Positions 1 through 8,595 of a stretch of DNA of 28,168 nt are shown in pieces. The position numbers were made by a program, and so were the translations under genes. Numbering within the stretch: the first letter of the stretch is position 1; every line of letters begins with the position of its first letter. The DNA is from a virus, in IMG/VR virus record IMGVR_UViG_3300027908_000023, positions 70,369 through 98,536 of that record; one strand, given 5' to 3'. Under the pieces are notes generated by a model. That model was not told where the DNA came from and searched no databases. It saw only the letters and a program-made list of their open reading frames with translations.

Positions 1-163
1 TTGCTTTGCTGCACTTCTCGCAATAATCATTGACGCTTCCATGTGTGTGCGTCCAGCCTTGTTTCTTCATAGCACGGCGCATGAGCAAAATGGCATCGCG
101 CTCGTTGCGGCGTATATCACCGAGAACGCCGCACTGGTTGCAAAGAATAGAAACCCTGATCAT
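1..163 (-). CDS. small Zn-ribbon-like phage protein, runs off the window
   Basis: Hand translation MIRVSILCNQCG...GWTH...YCEKCSKA (two CxxC). ATGA overlap with the upstream ORF; not in the ORF track. Confidence 0.55.
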   Translation of the reverse strand, partial: MIRVSILCNQCGVLGDIRRNERDAILLMRRAMKKQGWTHTHGSVNDYCEKCSKA

Positions 164-333
164 CGTCTTCTCTCCATTGCCGGCGAAATCTTGTCTTCCC
201 AGGTTTCATCGCCGTTACTCCAGCCAACGCGATACTTGCCGTCCTTGATCTCAAGGATAATGCCGACAAGGCTCTCCCCGTCCTCGATGATGGTGTAGCT
301 GTCATCGACCTGCCAGTCACGCTCTTGGCTCAT
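160..333 (-). CDS. hypothetical protein (57 aa)
   Basis: Hand translation MSQERDWQVDDSYTIIEDG...RRR*; GGAG RBS; ATGA coupling on both sides. Confidence 0.6.
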   Translation of the reverse strand: MSQERDWQVDDSYTIIEDGESLVGIILEIKDGKYRVGWSNGDETWEDKISPAMERRR

Positions 334-485
334 CTTGATTTCTCCACAGGACGAATGGTCACATTCTCGCCATCACCACCGGTGACACGCCACATCTTCA
401 TCATCTCGATCAACCCGGCCGCTTGATGGACTTCACCGGGTTCCGCGTAAGGTCCGGGCAAGAGGATGACTTCGTTGCTCGTCAT
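330..485 (-). CDS. hypothetical protein (51 aa)
   Basis: Hand translation MTSNEVILLPGPY...VEKSR*; stop overlaps the next ATG. Confidence 0.45.
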   Translation of the reverse strand: MTSNEVILLPGPYAEPGEVHQAAGLIEMMKMWRVTGGDGENVTIRPVEKSR

Positions 486-497
486 GGCTCATGCTCA

Positions 498-710
498 TTA
501 CCAGTCAATAACTTGCCCGGTCTGTTCATCGACGTTCCACGCACGCCGACTTCCCTTGCGATAGCGATGGACGATCTCATAGAAGTTGTTCTCGGGCCTG
601 TCAGGATCGGGAATGTAGTTCACCGTCCACTTGCCGCGTCCTATTCGCGGATGCAGCCTCCGAACGGCAGCCAGAGCTTCCTCTGGGGTTCGTATCGCCA
701 CGGTTGTCAT
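498..710 (-). CDS. hypothetical protein
   Basis: Fits the minus-strand gene string; ATGA overlap at 707-710. Confidence 0.6.
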   Translation of the reverse strand: MTTVAIRTPEEALAAVRRLHPRIGRGKWTVNYIPDPDRPENNFYEIVHRYRKGSRRAWNVDEQTGQVIDW

Positions 711-946
711 CGGCCGAACCTCATCTTGAGCGAATCACGAAACGAAGGATCGTCAGTCCGCACACGGCAATCAACGGCCAGGCACCTGATCGCCTTCCGC
801 GCCTTGGCATGGACTCGGTGCATGTACGAGCCACCTTGCCCATGCGCCCCTGATCCGGTCGCGGCGGCGGCCAAGATGATCGCGTCAATCATCTTGAAGA
901 AGCAGTCGGTTACATCGCCTGTCGTAAACTCATCAATGTTGGCCAT
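707..946 (-). CDS. hypothetical protein
   Basis: Start MANIDEF after AGGAG; coupled to the downstream gene. Confidence 0.55.
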   Translation of the reverse strand: MANIDEFTTGDVTDCFFKMIDAIILAAAATGSGAHGQGGSYMHRVHAKARKAIRCLAVDCRVRTDDPSFRDSLKMRFGR

Positions 947-986
947 CTTTTCGTCTCCTCTTTCTTTTGGCAACCTTCTCATGGTC

Positions 987-1313
987 TTATTCGCGAACCT
1001 GCATGGCAGATTTCATCTCGCTCGCCATTTTTTCGACGGGCATCAGTTTCAGGCAGCCACCCATGCAGCATATCTCACATGCGGCCAGCACGCCCCAGGC
1101 CGCGAGCCGGTTGGTGATGCGCCGATTGCCGTTGTCTTGGTTGGTGCGCCCTGGAAAAATCTCCGTGATCGGCACCCAACGGCCGTCACCATTTGGGCTG
1201 GTGGTATTACTGACACCGGAATCGCCAGCGTTCTTGCCCAGGTAGCGACTGAGGAAGTCGAGGACTTCCACCTGCCGTGATGACAGGCGATGATTGTTGA
1301 TCGTGGTGGACAT
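987..1313 (-). CDS. possible winged-helix DNA-binding protein
   Basis: LSSRQVEVLDFL N-terminal helix resembles LexA-N/wHTH starts; GGAGG RBS. Confidence 0.4.
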   Translation of the reverse strand: MSTTINNHRLSSRQVEVLDFLSRYLGKNAGDSGVSNTTSPNGDGRWVPITEIFPGRTNQDNGNRRITNRLAAWGVLAACEICCMGGCLKLMPVEKMASEMKSAMQVRE

Positions 1314-1323
1314 GGATGACCTC

Positions 1324-1539
1324 CTAACTGATGGCCGCACTGAGTTGTTCGATCACGATACGGAACGCTCTGGCCTCGCCTTCATGATAAGCGCCAAGCA
1401 CTTTGCTGAGTCCTTGCACGGCATTATACTCTGCTGATCTCTGGCTGATCTCCAGCCTCTCCAGCAGGGCACGAACACGATCCAGACGCAGAGAATCGCG
1501 GGCGGCTTCGTCGGTTATGGTCGGTGTGATGGCATTCAT
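1324..1539 (-). CDS. hypothetical protein
   Basis: ATGA overlap at 1536-1539; fits the operon. Confidence 0.55.
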   Translation of the reverse strand: MNAITPTITDEAARDSLRLDRVRALLERLEISQRSAEYNAVQGLSKVLGAYHEGEARAFRIVIEQLSAAIS

Positions 1540-1766
1540 GTTTTCTCCCTCTTACCGTGGATCATCTCACCGATGACACCATAGAGTTTCTCGCTGACTT
1601 CCCTTACCAGCCGCGCGCGAATGATGAAGTCTTCACCGCTGCTCTCGACCGGCTCAACGGCGATCACGCCCTTGATCATCCGGATGGCGTTGAGCATTGA
1701 CTCCGCATCGTCCTCGCGGATGTCCTGCGTGAAGGCGACCGTGCAGCCTTTGAAACGTGTGGTCAT
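1536..1766 (-). CDS. hypothetical phage protein
   Basis: Start MTTRFKGCTVAF after GGGGA RBS. Confidence 0.6.
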   Translation of the reverse strand: MTTRFKGCTVAFTQDIREDDAESMLNAIRMIKGVIAVEPVESSGEDFIIRARLVREVSEKLYGVIGEMIHGKREKT

Positions 1767-1776
1767 TCGGTTCCCC

Positions 1777-1992
1777 CTAGTCGTATTCTGGATCAAGCTG
1801 CTTGCCGCAGTTACAACATTTGTAATCATCGCAGTCGTAGGACGGATGCTCGTCGTCGTAGCAGAAGCAGTTGCCGCGCCCATCAGGCCCATCGCCTCTA
1901 TCTCCGAAGACGCGCTTGGCGAGATCCTCTGGAGGCATGCAGGTCTTGCAGAAATCGTAAGGGTCGCTTCGGCTGTCGCGGATTCTTGGCAT
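1777..1992 (-). CDS. Cys-rich (CxxC) hypothetical protein
   Basis: CKTC...CCNCG motifs; start MPRIRDS after GGAG (a longer start is possible). Confidence 0.55.
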   Translation of the reverse strand: MPRIRDSRSDPYDFCKTCMPPEDLAKRVFGDRGDGPDGRGNCFCYDDEHPSYDCDDYKCCNCGKQLDPEYD

Positions 1993-2060
1993 TGGTGATT
2001 CTCCCAAAGTCTTGTTTGGCATAACAACAAGATATTCGCTCGCCATCAGTCGCCATTTCA

Positions 2061-2327
2061 TTATTTTCTCGCTTTCGCCTTCGTCGTGATTGGCACCACG
2101 CGACAGGTGCCGCGCTCCACGTCGAATTCCAGCGCCACCGCATCGTCGCCACCCCGGCCGCGTTCGACGAAACCGTGGACAAACCTGACGAACTTCGCCT
2201 CCAGGCGCGTGAAGCGCGTTGCTCGATCCTCTTCATCCAGGCTGATACCGTCGAGCCTTTCGGCAATAGACTCCCTGATGCCACGGCGGATGGAATCCTT
2301 ACCGTCCAGTCGAAGTGTGAATCTCAT
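2061..2327 (-). CDS. hypothetical protein
   Basis: AGGAGG RBS; fits the operon. Confidence 0.6.
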   Translation of the reverse strand: MRFTLRLDGKDSIRRGIRESIAERLDGISLDEEDRATRFTRLEAKFVRFVHGFVERGRGGDDAVALEFDVERGTCRVVPITTKAKARK

Positions 2328-2342
2328 CGCATTAACCTCCTG

Positions 2343-2570
2343 TCACTCCAGATACCCCGCTGCCCGCAACGCCTCTTCCACGGTTGATACGTCAGTTTCC
2401 ATGACGACCCGCCAGGAGCCGACCCGTCGCGCTGCCGGCAACAAGCCGCGCTCGTAGAGCCTACGGATCTTCCACACCGGCACACCCAGACGCCGGCCCA
2501 GATCGCCCAACGTCAGATAGGAGCCAGCGCCGGCCGGTTGGGGCTTGCTTGTGGAAGATCGGCGGGACAT
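2343..2570 (-). CDS. MerR/excisionase-type HTH protein
   Basis: YLTLGDLGRRLGVPVWKIRRLYERGLLPAARRVGSWR matches the MerR-like HTH-wing pattern. Confidence 0.75.
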   Translation of the reverse strand: MSRRSSTSKPQPAGAGSYLTLGDLGRRLGVPVWKIRRLYERGLLPAARRVGSWRVVMETDVSTVEEALRAAGYLE

Positions 2571-2580
2571 GGATCGCTCC

Positions 2581-2631
2581 GTTAGTTTGCTTACTAACTG
2601 CCATGATAGGAAGGAGTCCGGATCGTGTCAA
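2581..2631 (-). promoter_or_regulatory. sigma70-type promoter with a downstream palindrome (operator candidate)
   Basis: TTGACA (2631-2626), 17 nt, TATCAT (2608-2603); inverted repeat GTTAGT-N6-ACTAAC at 2581-2598 before the HTH gene. Confidence 0.7.
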
Positions 2632-2660
2632 GAGGGAATTCTGGAATTGTTCTGAGAGGA

Positions 2661-3077
2661 TCAGCCCCGGCAGTCGGCCAGCAGCTTCCTAGCTTCCTCG
2701 ATGATAGGCACGATGGAAGAGGTTCTGTCCCAGGCCGCGACGAGATCCTTGAGAAGCGCTATGGCAAGGTATTCGGTGGTATGCTTGCGCAAAGGCAGAA
2801 GGCTATCCGGCAAACTTAGGTCATTGTCCACCATCACCTGGATGGCCTCTACCAGATCGTTGTGGAGGCGGTTGTTCTCAGACCCCAAATAGCGCACTCT
2901 GGTGTTGAGGCTGGTGATTTGCTTGGCCTGCGCTCTGATCTTCTCGTCGCGCTGAGCGACGATCTCCGGCGCGTGAGCGCGGAGGAATTCTTCTCTACCC
3001 TCTTGAGGACCGTAGGAGCAGCCGGGAAGATGGACGCGGTTGCCGGCTTCATGACATTCTGGGCATTTGCGGCTCAT
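2661..3077 (-). CDS. hypothetical protein (N-terminal CxxC, coiled coil)
   Basis: CPEC...H...C then a heptad-like stretch; ATGA overlap. Confidence 0.6.
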   Translation of the reverse strand: MSRKCPECHEAGNRVHLPGCSYGPQEGREEFLRAHAPEIVAQRDEKIRAQAKQITSLNTRVRYLGSENNRLHNDLVEAIQVMVDNDLSLPDSLLPLRKHTTEYLAIALLKDLVAAWDRTSSIVPIIEEARKLLADCRG

Positions 3078-3772
3078 GGGAGTTTTCCTTGCGTCTCAAG
3101 AAGTGCCAGCGCTCTTCGCAGCGCCAGGATGGCAGGATTCTTGGCGAGCGACTGTTCAACCCAGTGCGGCCGAAAATCTACTGTTGGCGGTCGTGGCGCT
3201 GTAGATTCCGAATCCAGATCATCCCAGGCTTCCGCAAGAGCGCCACGCTCAACATATGGCAGAGCCAGGTTGCAGACATCGCGGAGCGAGCATTCCAGTT
3301 CCTCAATTCGCCTTTGAGGGGAAATGTATTCGCGTCCCTGTTGACGTGCCTCAATGAATCGCTGGCAGTTCTCAATCGTCACCGCTGTATCGCTTGCCGG
3401 CCTGGTGTCGCCTTCAGGAAGCGCTGAATAAAGAATGCCGTCGTCCAAATGACATCGATCATCGCCGCGCTGATCGCGATGCCAACGGATGAGCCTCTCC
3501 AGTTCAATGAGTCGGCGGATCGCTGCCGGCCAGCCAATTTTCCATGCCGGAGAACGTACCGTCATCGTCGGCTCAAACTGCTCGCAATAGCGCAGGTCAG
3601 CCTGCCAGTCGCGCGGCACTTTTTCTCCTTCGCCAAGATAGCCTGTCCCCAAGCAAGAATCACATTTTCCGGCAGGCGCATCGTATTGTTCCGTGTTCAG
3701 GTTATACATGCCCGCCTCTTGCTGGCCGGTGCCACCGCAGCGTTCGCACTGGAAACGAATTAACCGTGTCAT
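3074..3772 (-). CDS. phage protein with a DnaJ-type Zn-finger N-terminus
   Basis: CERCGGTG and CDSCLGTG (CxxCxGxG) motifs. Confidence 0.65.
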   Translation of the reverse strand: MTRLIRFQCERCGGTGQQEAGMYNLNTEQYDAPAGKCDSCLGTGYLGEGEKVPRDWQADLRYCEQFEPTMTVRSPAWKIGWPAAIRRLIELERLIRWHRDQRGDDRCHLDDGILYSALPEGDTRPASDTAVTIENCQRFIEARQQGREYISPQRRIEELECSLRDVCNLALPYVERGALAEAWDDLDSESTAPRPPTVDFRPHWVEQSLAKNPAILALRRALALLETQGKLP

Positions 3773-3849
3773 CAATAGCTTCCAAGAAACCCCTCGCCTT
3801 CAGGCATGGGGAGAACCAAAACTTTTCCACATTTTCCTACCACCAACCC

Positions 3850-3878
3850 TTGACTCAGGAGCCAATCACTCCTATGAT
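3850..3878 (+). promoter_or_regulatory. sigma70 promoter giving a probably leaderless tnpB mRNA
   Basis: TTGACT (3850-3855), 17 nt, TATGAT (3873-3878); ATG 6 nt later at 3885 with no RBS. Confidence 0.7.
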
Positions 3879-3884
3879 ACCTAC

Positions 3885-4985
3885 ATGAAGCTCACGATTC
3901 AACTGCAACTGCTGCCAACCAGCGAACAAGCCACCATCCTGCTTGACACGATGGCGCGTGTGAATCAAGCTGCCACGTTCGCTGCGCAGCAAGGCTTTGA
4001 CAACGGCGTTTTCAGCCAACCGAGCATTCACAAGCTCGCCTACCGTGCCATCCGCGATCAGTTCGGCCTGTCCGCTCAACTGGCCGTGCGTGCCATCGGC
4101 AAGGCGGTGGAGACATTCCAGCGCGACAAGACGATATGCCCCATGTTCCGCCCCGATGGAGCCATTACCTACGATGAACGCAACATGGGCTTCAAGGGCG
4201 TGGACAAGGTTAGTCTGAGTACCTTGGCAGGCCGGCAGATCATCGGCATGGTCTATGGTGAGTATCAGCGTGAGAGATTCGACCGCATCAAGGGACAGTG
4301 CGATCTCGTCTACCGTGACAATAAGTTCTTCCTCATAGCCAACGTTGATCTTCCGGAAGCGCCGCCCCTGGAGATCAAGGCGTTTCTGGGCGTTGACCTT
4401 GGCCTCATCAATCTTGCCACGACGAGCCAGGGCGAGATGTTCAGCGGCGAGACGGTGAACCGCACACGCCGGCGTTGTGCGACGGCCAGAAAACAATACC
4501 AGCGGAAAGGAACGCGGAATGCCAAGCGACGATTGAAGAAGATCGGCAAACGCCAGTCGAGGTTTCAGACCTGGCGCAACCACAATATCGCCAAGCAGAT
4601 TGTCCAGACGGCAAAGGCACTTGGATTCGGCATCGCGATGGAGGATCTGACCGACATTCGCGAGCGGATCGAAGACACGGTTGGCCGTAGAACAAGACGG
4701 AGATTCGGCAACTGGAGTTTCCGGCAGTTGAGAGACTTCGTGTCCTACAAGGCACGCCTCGCCGGTGTGCCGGTCTGTCTGGTTGACCCGCGCAATACCT
4801 CTCGCATTTGTAGCAAGTGCGGCTATTGCGACAAGGCCAACCGCAAGACTCAGGATCGGTTTCTCTGCCTGCACTGCGGATTCTCCCTGAATGCCGACCT
4901 GAACGCCGCTGTCAACATCTCGTTGATAGCTTGGGATGCCTTTGTAAACCATCCCGAAAAGCAGCAGTCTTGCGTCTTCTCTTAA
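3885..4985 (+). CDS. tnpB: RNA-guided endonuclease TnpB
   Basis: MKLTIQLQLLPT start; RuvC-I GVDLG, RuvC-II IAMEDL, Zn finger CSKC/CLHC, RuvC-III NADLNAAVNI; DED triad intact. Confidence 0.95.
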   Translation: MKLTIQLQLLPTSEQATILLDTMARVNQAATFAAQQGFDNGVFSQPSIHKLAYRAIRDQFGLSAQLAVRAIGKAVETFQRDKTICPMFRPDGAITYDERNMGFKGVDKVSLSTLAGRQIIGMVYGEYQRERFDRIKGQCDLVYRDNKFFLIANVDLPEAPPLEIKAFLGVDLGLINLATTSQGEMFSGETVNRTRRRCATARKQYQRKGTRNAKRRLKKIGKRQSRFQTWRNHNIAKQIVQTAKALGFGIAMEDLTDIRERIEDTVGRRTRRRFGNWSFRQLRDFVSYKARLAGVPVCLVDPRNTSRICSKCGYCDKANRKTQDRFLCLHCGFSLNADLNAAVNISLIAWDAFVNHPEKQQSCVFS

Positions 4986-5093
4986 CGGAGACTAGCTGCA
5001 AAGCCTCATGCCTTTAGGCGCGGGGTAAGTTTACCGTGCATCCTCCAAAGACTTGAGGATAGCACACTGCCAACAGTGAACGCAATATCACTG

Positions 5094-5519
5094 TTAAACT
5101 TCATGGCGATTCGAGCCGCCGCACTCAGCGGTTCCACCCACCTTGCCGCAGCAGACGTTGCCGGAGGCGTCCACGTCGCCACCGACGTTCAGGCAGTTCA
5201 CGCTCATTACGGCGGAGACATTGCCCATGACATCGCCGCACTGAACCGAACCACCAGCGTCCAGGTCGCGGCCGATACTGCCCGTCACCTGGCAGGAGCC
5301 ACCGCACTCGACGTTGCCGGCAACATCGCCATGAACCTCGACATTGCCATGTTCGACATCCAGTTTGCCGACCTGGCCTTCGACGACGATCTTGACTATG
5401 CCGGAGAGTTTGTCTCCCTCATGCCAAGGCTGGCCGTTGACATAGATTGTATTTCCTTTGATCGACACGCTGGAACCATCCGGAACCGTGATGGATCGCC
5501 CACTGATGTTGATGTTCAT
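5094..5519 (-). CDS. beta-helix repeat (bactofilin/polymer-forming-like) phage protein
   Basis: Repeated GxV units (GNVEVHGDVAGNVECGGS...GDVMGNVSA...GGDVDASGNV). Confidence 0.6.
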   Translation of the reverse strand: MNINISGRSITVPDGSSVSIKGNTIYVNGQPWHEGDKLSGIVKIVVEGQVGKLDVEHGNVEVHGDVAGNVECGGSCQVTGSIGRDLDAGGSVQCGDVMGNVSAVMSVNCLNVGGDVDASGNVCCGKVGGTAECGGSNRHEV

Positions 5520-5521
5520 GA

Positions 5522-5941
5522 TTAACAACCTTTCCTGATCCAGAAACATTCCGGCATCTGAAAAACCGCACTGATCCAGTCCGGACAACGGCCGCGCGCG
5601 AATAGCACGACACCAGCGACGTAGTGCGGCCGTTGGCTCATGTCAACGCCGTCACGCTGATAAGCCGCAACGCGAGCCCTCTCCATCGAACCGCCGCTCG
5701 TCAACACGTCATCGACGATGAGATGCGGCCCATAGCCACGAAGATGCTGCATGCAAGCCTCCGCCAGCTTCGACCCGCCGCGCGGCACGCCTTCCACGCC
5801 GCAGAATGGTCCGACGAGAATCCGGATCATCTCAGCCAGTGTCGTGATGTCCTGATCCGTGAGAGCATCGCATTCCAACTTCCACGAGGAATGTGCGCCA
5901 CTGTTGAGTGCGAAGTCACCGGACTGGAAAATATTTGTCAT
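5522..5941 (-). CDS. type I phosphoribosyltransferase, orotate-PRT-like
   Basis: GDFALNSGAHSSW (OPRT-like N-terminus), GVPRGG, and PRPP-binding loop LIVDDVLTSGGS. Confidence 0.85.
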   Translation of the reverse strand: MTNIFQSGDFALNSGAHSSWKLECDALTDQDITTLAEMIRILVGPFCGVEGVPRGGSKLAEACMQHLRGYGPHLIVDDVLTSGGSMERARVAAYQRDGVDMSQRPHYVAGVVLFARGRCPDWISAVFQMPECFWIRKGC

Positions 5942-5943
5942 GG

Positions 5944-6444
5944 TTATCCTCTCGCGATCCCATACGGCACCGGCTTCTCTGTGACCTTGAGGAACAGCGG
6001 ATGTCTCGGCTGTCCACTCTTCGTGACGCCCAGGCATTCAGGCTTGATACCGTTCTCATGGATAAGTTTCAACACCCACTTGTTCTGATCCAGCAACGTC
6101 CCACCAGCGCCCCACGCGACCATGACGCGCCGACCCGTGACCGCTTCCACGATATGCTGATCGTTGTCCGGACCTTCGGGGTCGTCGCACTTGAGGAGTT
6201 CTTTTGGATCAGTCGCGCGCCAGGCGAACAGGTTCACGACTACCAGTCCACCGTTGCCCCAGCGCCGGGAGAAGTTTACAACCCTTGTTACGGTAGGATC
6301 GTCAACCTCGTGGTCTGCCGTGCTGGGATTGAGCATTATCCAGCACACTTGCGGACCAACTGACCATTTGCGACTAAGGCGATAGCGATACTTGCCGCAA
6401 GGAGAGAGGATAGCCGAGTAGTGGGTGAACAGATCGCTCGTCAT
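5944..6444 (-). CDS. DUF1643 family protein
   Basis: YRYRLSRKW, IMLNPSTAD...DPT, VVNLFAWRATDP, AWG and PRHPL signature. Confidence 0.9.
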   Translation of the reverse strand: MTSDLFTHYSAILSPCGKYRYRLSRKWSVGPQVCWIMLNPSTADHEVDDPTVTRVVNFSRRWGNGGLVVVNLFAWRATDPKELLKCDDPEGPDNDQHIVEAVTGRRVMVAWGAGGTLLDQNKWVLKLIHENGIKPECLGVTKSGQPRHPLFLKVTEKPVPYGIARG

Positions 6445-7256
6445 GATGCGCTCGCCTCCCGTGGTTCTTCGCCATCAAAGATCACCCCGATGCGGTTCAC
6501 CACCTTGCCGAAGGGCGGCATGGCGATCTGTCGGTATTCGGTTCGCTTGACAACCAGTCCCGGATTCTTTCTCGCCTCGTGCAGCGGCGGCAAGACGCTC
6601 AACTCGTCCACCGTGAAGGCTCGCTCAACAATCCGGCGCTGGACGAAGGTGCCGCGCTTGAAGAACGCCGGATAGTTGTTAAAGTTGACACCTAACTGGA
6701 AGAGCATTTCCTGCATCTCGGAACCGTTCTTGTTCTCCAGCTGCTTGTGCGAAAAGTAGTGCCGCGCCGCCATGCTGATGGCGTTCTTCGTGGCATCCTG
6801 TTCGCGCCAGAGAAAAGCGTTCGCGCACTCCATCTGGTTAGGGAGATTGAACACCCTGGCATCGAAGGTCGGCATCTTGGCGCGGTAATTGTCCGGCAAC
6901 CTTTCCGCACACAGGCGATAGAAATACACGCTTGCCATCGCTGCCAACTGACTGACCATCTTCTGAATCCGGCCGGCGAAGAAAATCTCTTCTTTCACGT
7001 CGCGTGCCAGCCAGGCCAGGCTGATCTCGTCGGACTGCGTGTAGCCGATGACGGCGTTGGTTTCTTGAACCAGCCAGGTCGTGGTATCGACCATCATTCC
7101 CGACAGGCGTTCATCGTAGGGCCGTGCCATGCCCTTCGTGAAGGAGCTGAAGCAACGGCCGTCGATCCGGACATAGACGGGCAACAGCGGGATGAAAGTT
7201 CTTCCCGCCTCGATGCGCTCATAGAGCTTCATGCGGTCGCCGAGATCATCGCTCAT
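6441..7256 (-). CDS. thg1: tRNA(His) guanylyltransferase Thg1-like protein (3'-5' polymerase)
   Basis: LGDRMKLYE, VRIDGRCFSSFT, GYTQSDEISL, FDARVF, WREQDATKNAI, FKRGT; catalytic Asp residues present. Confidence 0.93.
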   Translation of the reverse strand: MSDDLGDRMKLYERIEAGRTFIPLLPVYVRIDGRCFSSFTKGMARPYDERLSGMMVDTTTWLVQETNAVIGYTQSDEISLAWLARDVKEEIFFAGRIQKMVSQLAAMASVYFYRLCAERLPDNYRAKMPTFDARVFNLPNQMECANAFLWREQDATKNAISMAARHYFSHKQLENKNGSEMQEMLFQLGVNFNNYPAFFKRGTFVQRRIVERAFTVDELSVLPPLHEARKNPGLVVKRTEYRQIAMPPFGKVVNRIGVIFDGEEPREASAS

Positions 7257-7963
7257 TAGCTATCTCCTTTATCCCCCACATACTTCCCGGCGATCTCCAG
7301 ACACCGTTCCACCTTCCCAAGATCCAGCCTGTCTTCTTCGTCCCGAACTCCCGACTCCATGTCAACCCAGATTTCGCGCTCACCGACCACCTGCTCCAGT
7401 CTCTTGAGTCGCTCTTCCAGGTTGTCCGGCGATAACCCACCCGCATAGCCACACAAGAGATCCTCTGGCGGCGCGGGGTCTTCCCTGGCTGCCACGCCTT
7501 GACCACCCGAGGCATCGAAAAGCACACTGGCCTTGCCACCCTCCAGAATCTTCCGTGCCAGCACCAGCCCGGGTTGTCGATAGCTGCCGATCTGAATGAT
7601 GTATTCAGGTCCTGGTGCCAGACAAGCCGCGACGGCTTTCATGTCCGCGATCTTGTTCATCGAACGCGACACGTTGAGCTGCACCCTCTGATAGCGCGCC
7701 AACCGGATAGCGAGCGGCCACTCTCCCGAGCAGATGTCCATGACGTACCGGCCGCAAAGATGCGCGGAGATGTTCAGGAGATGCGCGTCCATCGCGTAGA
7801 ACTTCTCGCGCCATGTCAGTGATGGATAACGCGCCTTGCCGGAGCGTGAATCAGAGAAGAGGATTCCCCACTCCACATAGGGATAGCGTTCCGAGAGGGC
7901 GAACAGGTCCTCATGTTTCACCTGATCATCGGCACCGCTGAACGTGACGTGACGAAGTTTCAT
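7256..7963 (-). CDS. PRAI(TrpF)-like TIM-barrel phage protein
   Basis: VTFSGAD, EWGIL, AHLCG, LFDASGGQG, GYAGGLSPDN, WVDMESGVR; phosphate-binding end resembles PRAI. Function unknown. Confidence 0.7.
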   Translation of the reverse strand: MKLRHVTFSGADDQVKHEDLFALSERYPYVEWGILFSDSRSGKARYPSLTWREKFYAMDAHLLNISAHLCGRYVMDICSGEWPLAIRLARYQRVQLNVSRSMNKIADMKAVAACLAPGPEYIIQIGSYRQPGLVLARKILEGGKASVLFDASGGQGVAAREDPAPPEDLLCGYAGGLSPDNLEERLKRLEQVVGEREIWVDMESGVRDEEDRLDLGKVERCLEIAGKYVGDKGDS

Positions 7964-8595
7964 CGGTCGTCCTCCGGTTCGGATACGTGCCCCATCAGCG
8001 ACTCCAGCGAAATTGCCTTGTTGGTTGCCTGATACATGGCTGGCGTGTTAGCTTCCAGCCAATCGTTGACGGTTTTCTCGATCTCGCGGAGGTCGGCCCT
8101 GAAGTCGTGGCTGCTCGTATCCTCATGGATGTCGTCGCAGAGGAAGTCCATGACCTCGAATTGACGAATCTGCACCTTTTCGCAGATACAAAGGCGCAGG
8201 TCTACCAACTTCAGGATCGGCTCGCCGGCATTAACATCCATCATGTATTCATGAAGGTCTTCCTCTGACCAGAACATCTGGTCGCTGTCCCACGCACATA
8301 CCGGAAATTCGCCGTCCCATTCAGCGCATTGGACGCTCTGCCAACGCTCCTCGCTCTGGCGATCCTGACACGCCTGGCAAAAGCGATAGGGCTTGCCGAC
8401 CCGTCCGGCGCAGCCATCTGTTTCACAGGGCAGATCAGTCGCGCAACACCAGCGTGCCATCCTTTCAGCGCTTTGGTCGCGTGATGGATCGCCGAAGAAA
8501 CAACCACACTTCTTACAGGCCCATCCCGTAACGCTGACCACATGAGCGTTGTCCTCGAAGCGTATCATGGTGGCATCGGGTTTCTTCATGGTCAT
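7960..8595 (-). CDS. Cys-rich hypothetical phage protein
   Basis: GWACKKCG...ARWCCATDLPC...CQAC; coupled ORF. Confidence 0.65.
   Translation of the reverse strand: MTMKKPDATMIRFEDNAHVVSVTGWACKKCGCFFGDPSRDQSAERMARWCCATDLPCETDGCAGRVGKPYRFCQACQDRQSEERWQSVQCAEWDGEFPVCAWDSDQMFWSEEDLHEYMMDVNAGEPILKLVDLRLCICEKVQIRQFEVMDFLCDDIHEDTSSHDFRADLREIEKTVNDWLEANTPAMYQATNKAISLESLMGHVSEPEDDR

Larger units (their letters stand above)
3783..5034 (+). mobile_element. non-autonomous IS200/IS605-family (IS1341-like) element, tnpB only
   Basis: Left-end hairpin CAAGAAACCCCTCGCCTTCAGGCATGGGGAG and right-end hairpin AAGCCTCATGCCTTTAGGCGCGGGGTAAGTTTAC flank tnpB; no tnpA; opposite orientation to the phage genes. Exact ends are inferred (within a few nt). 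Confidence 0.8.

Noticed and set aside
423-1280. 285-aa plus-strand ORF (likewise 9801-10559, 10486-11184 and 25173-26255)
   Set aside because: These overlap well-coupled minus-strand phage genes; typical GC-rich antisense frames.
3855-4952. 365-aa minus-strand ORF
   Set aside because: Antisense shadow of tnpB with no motifs.
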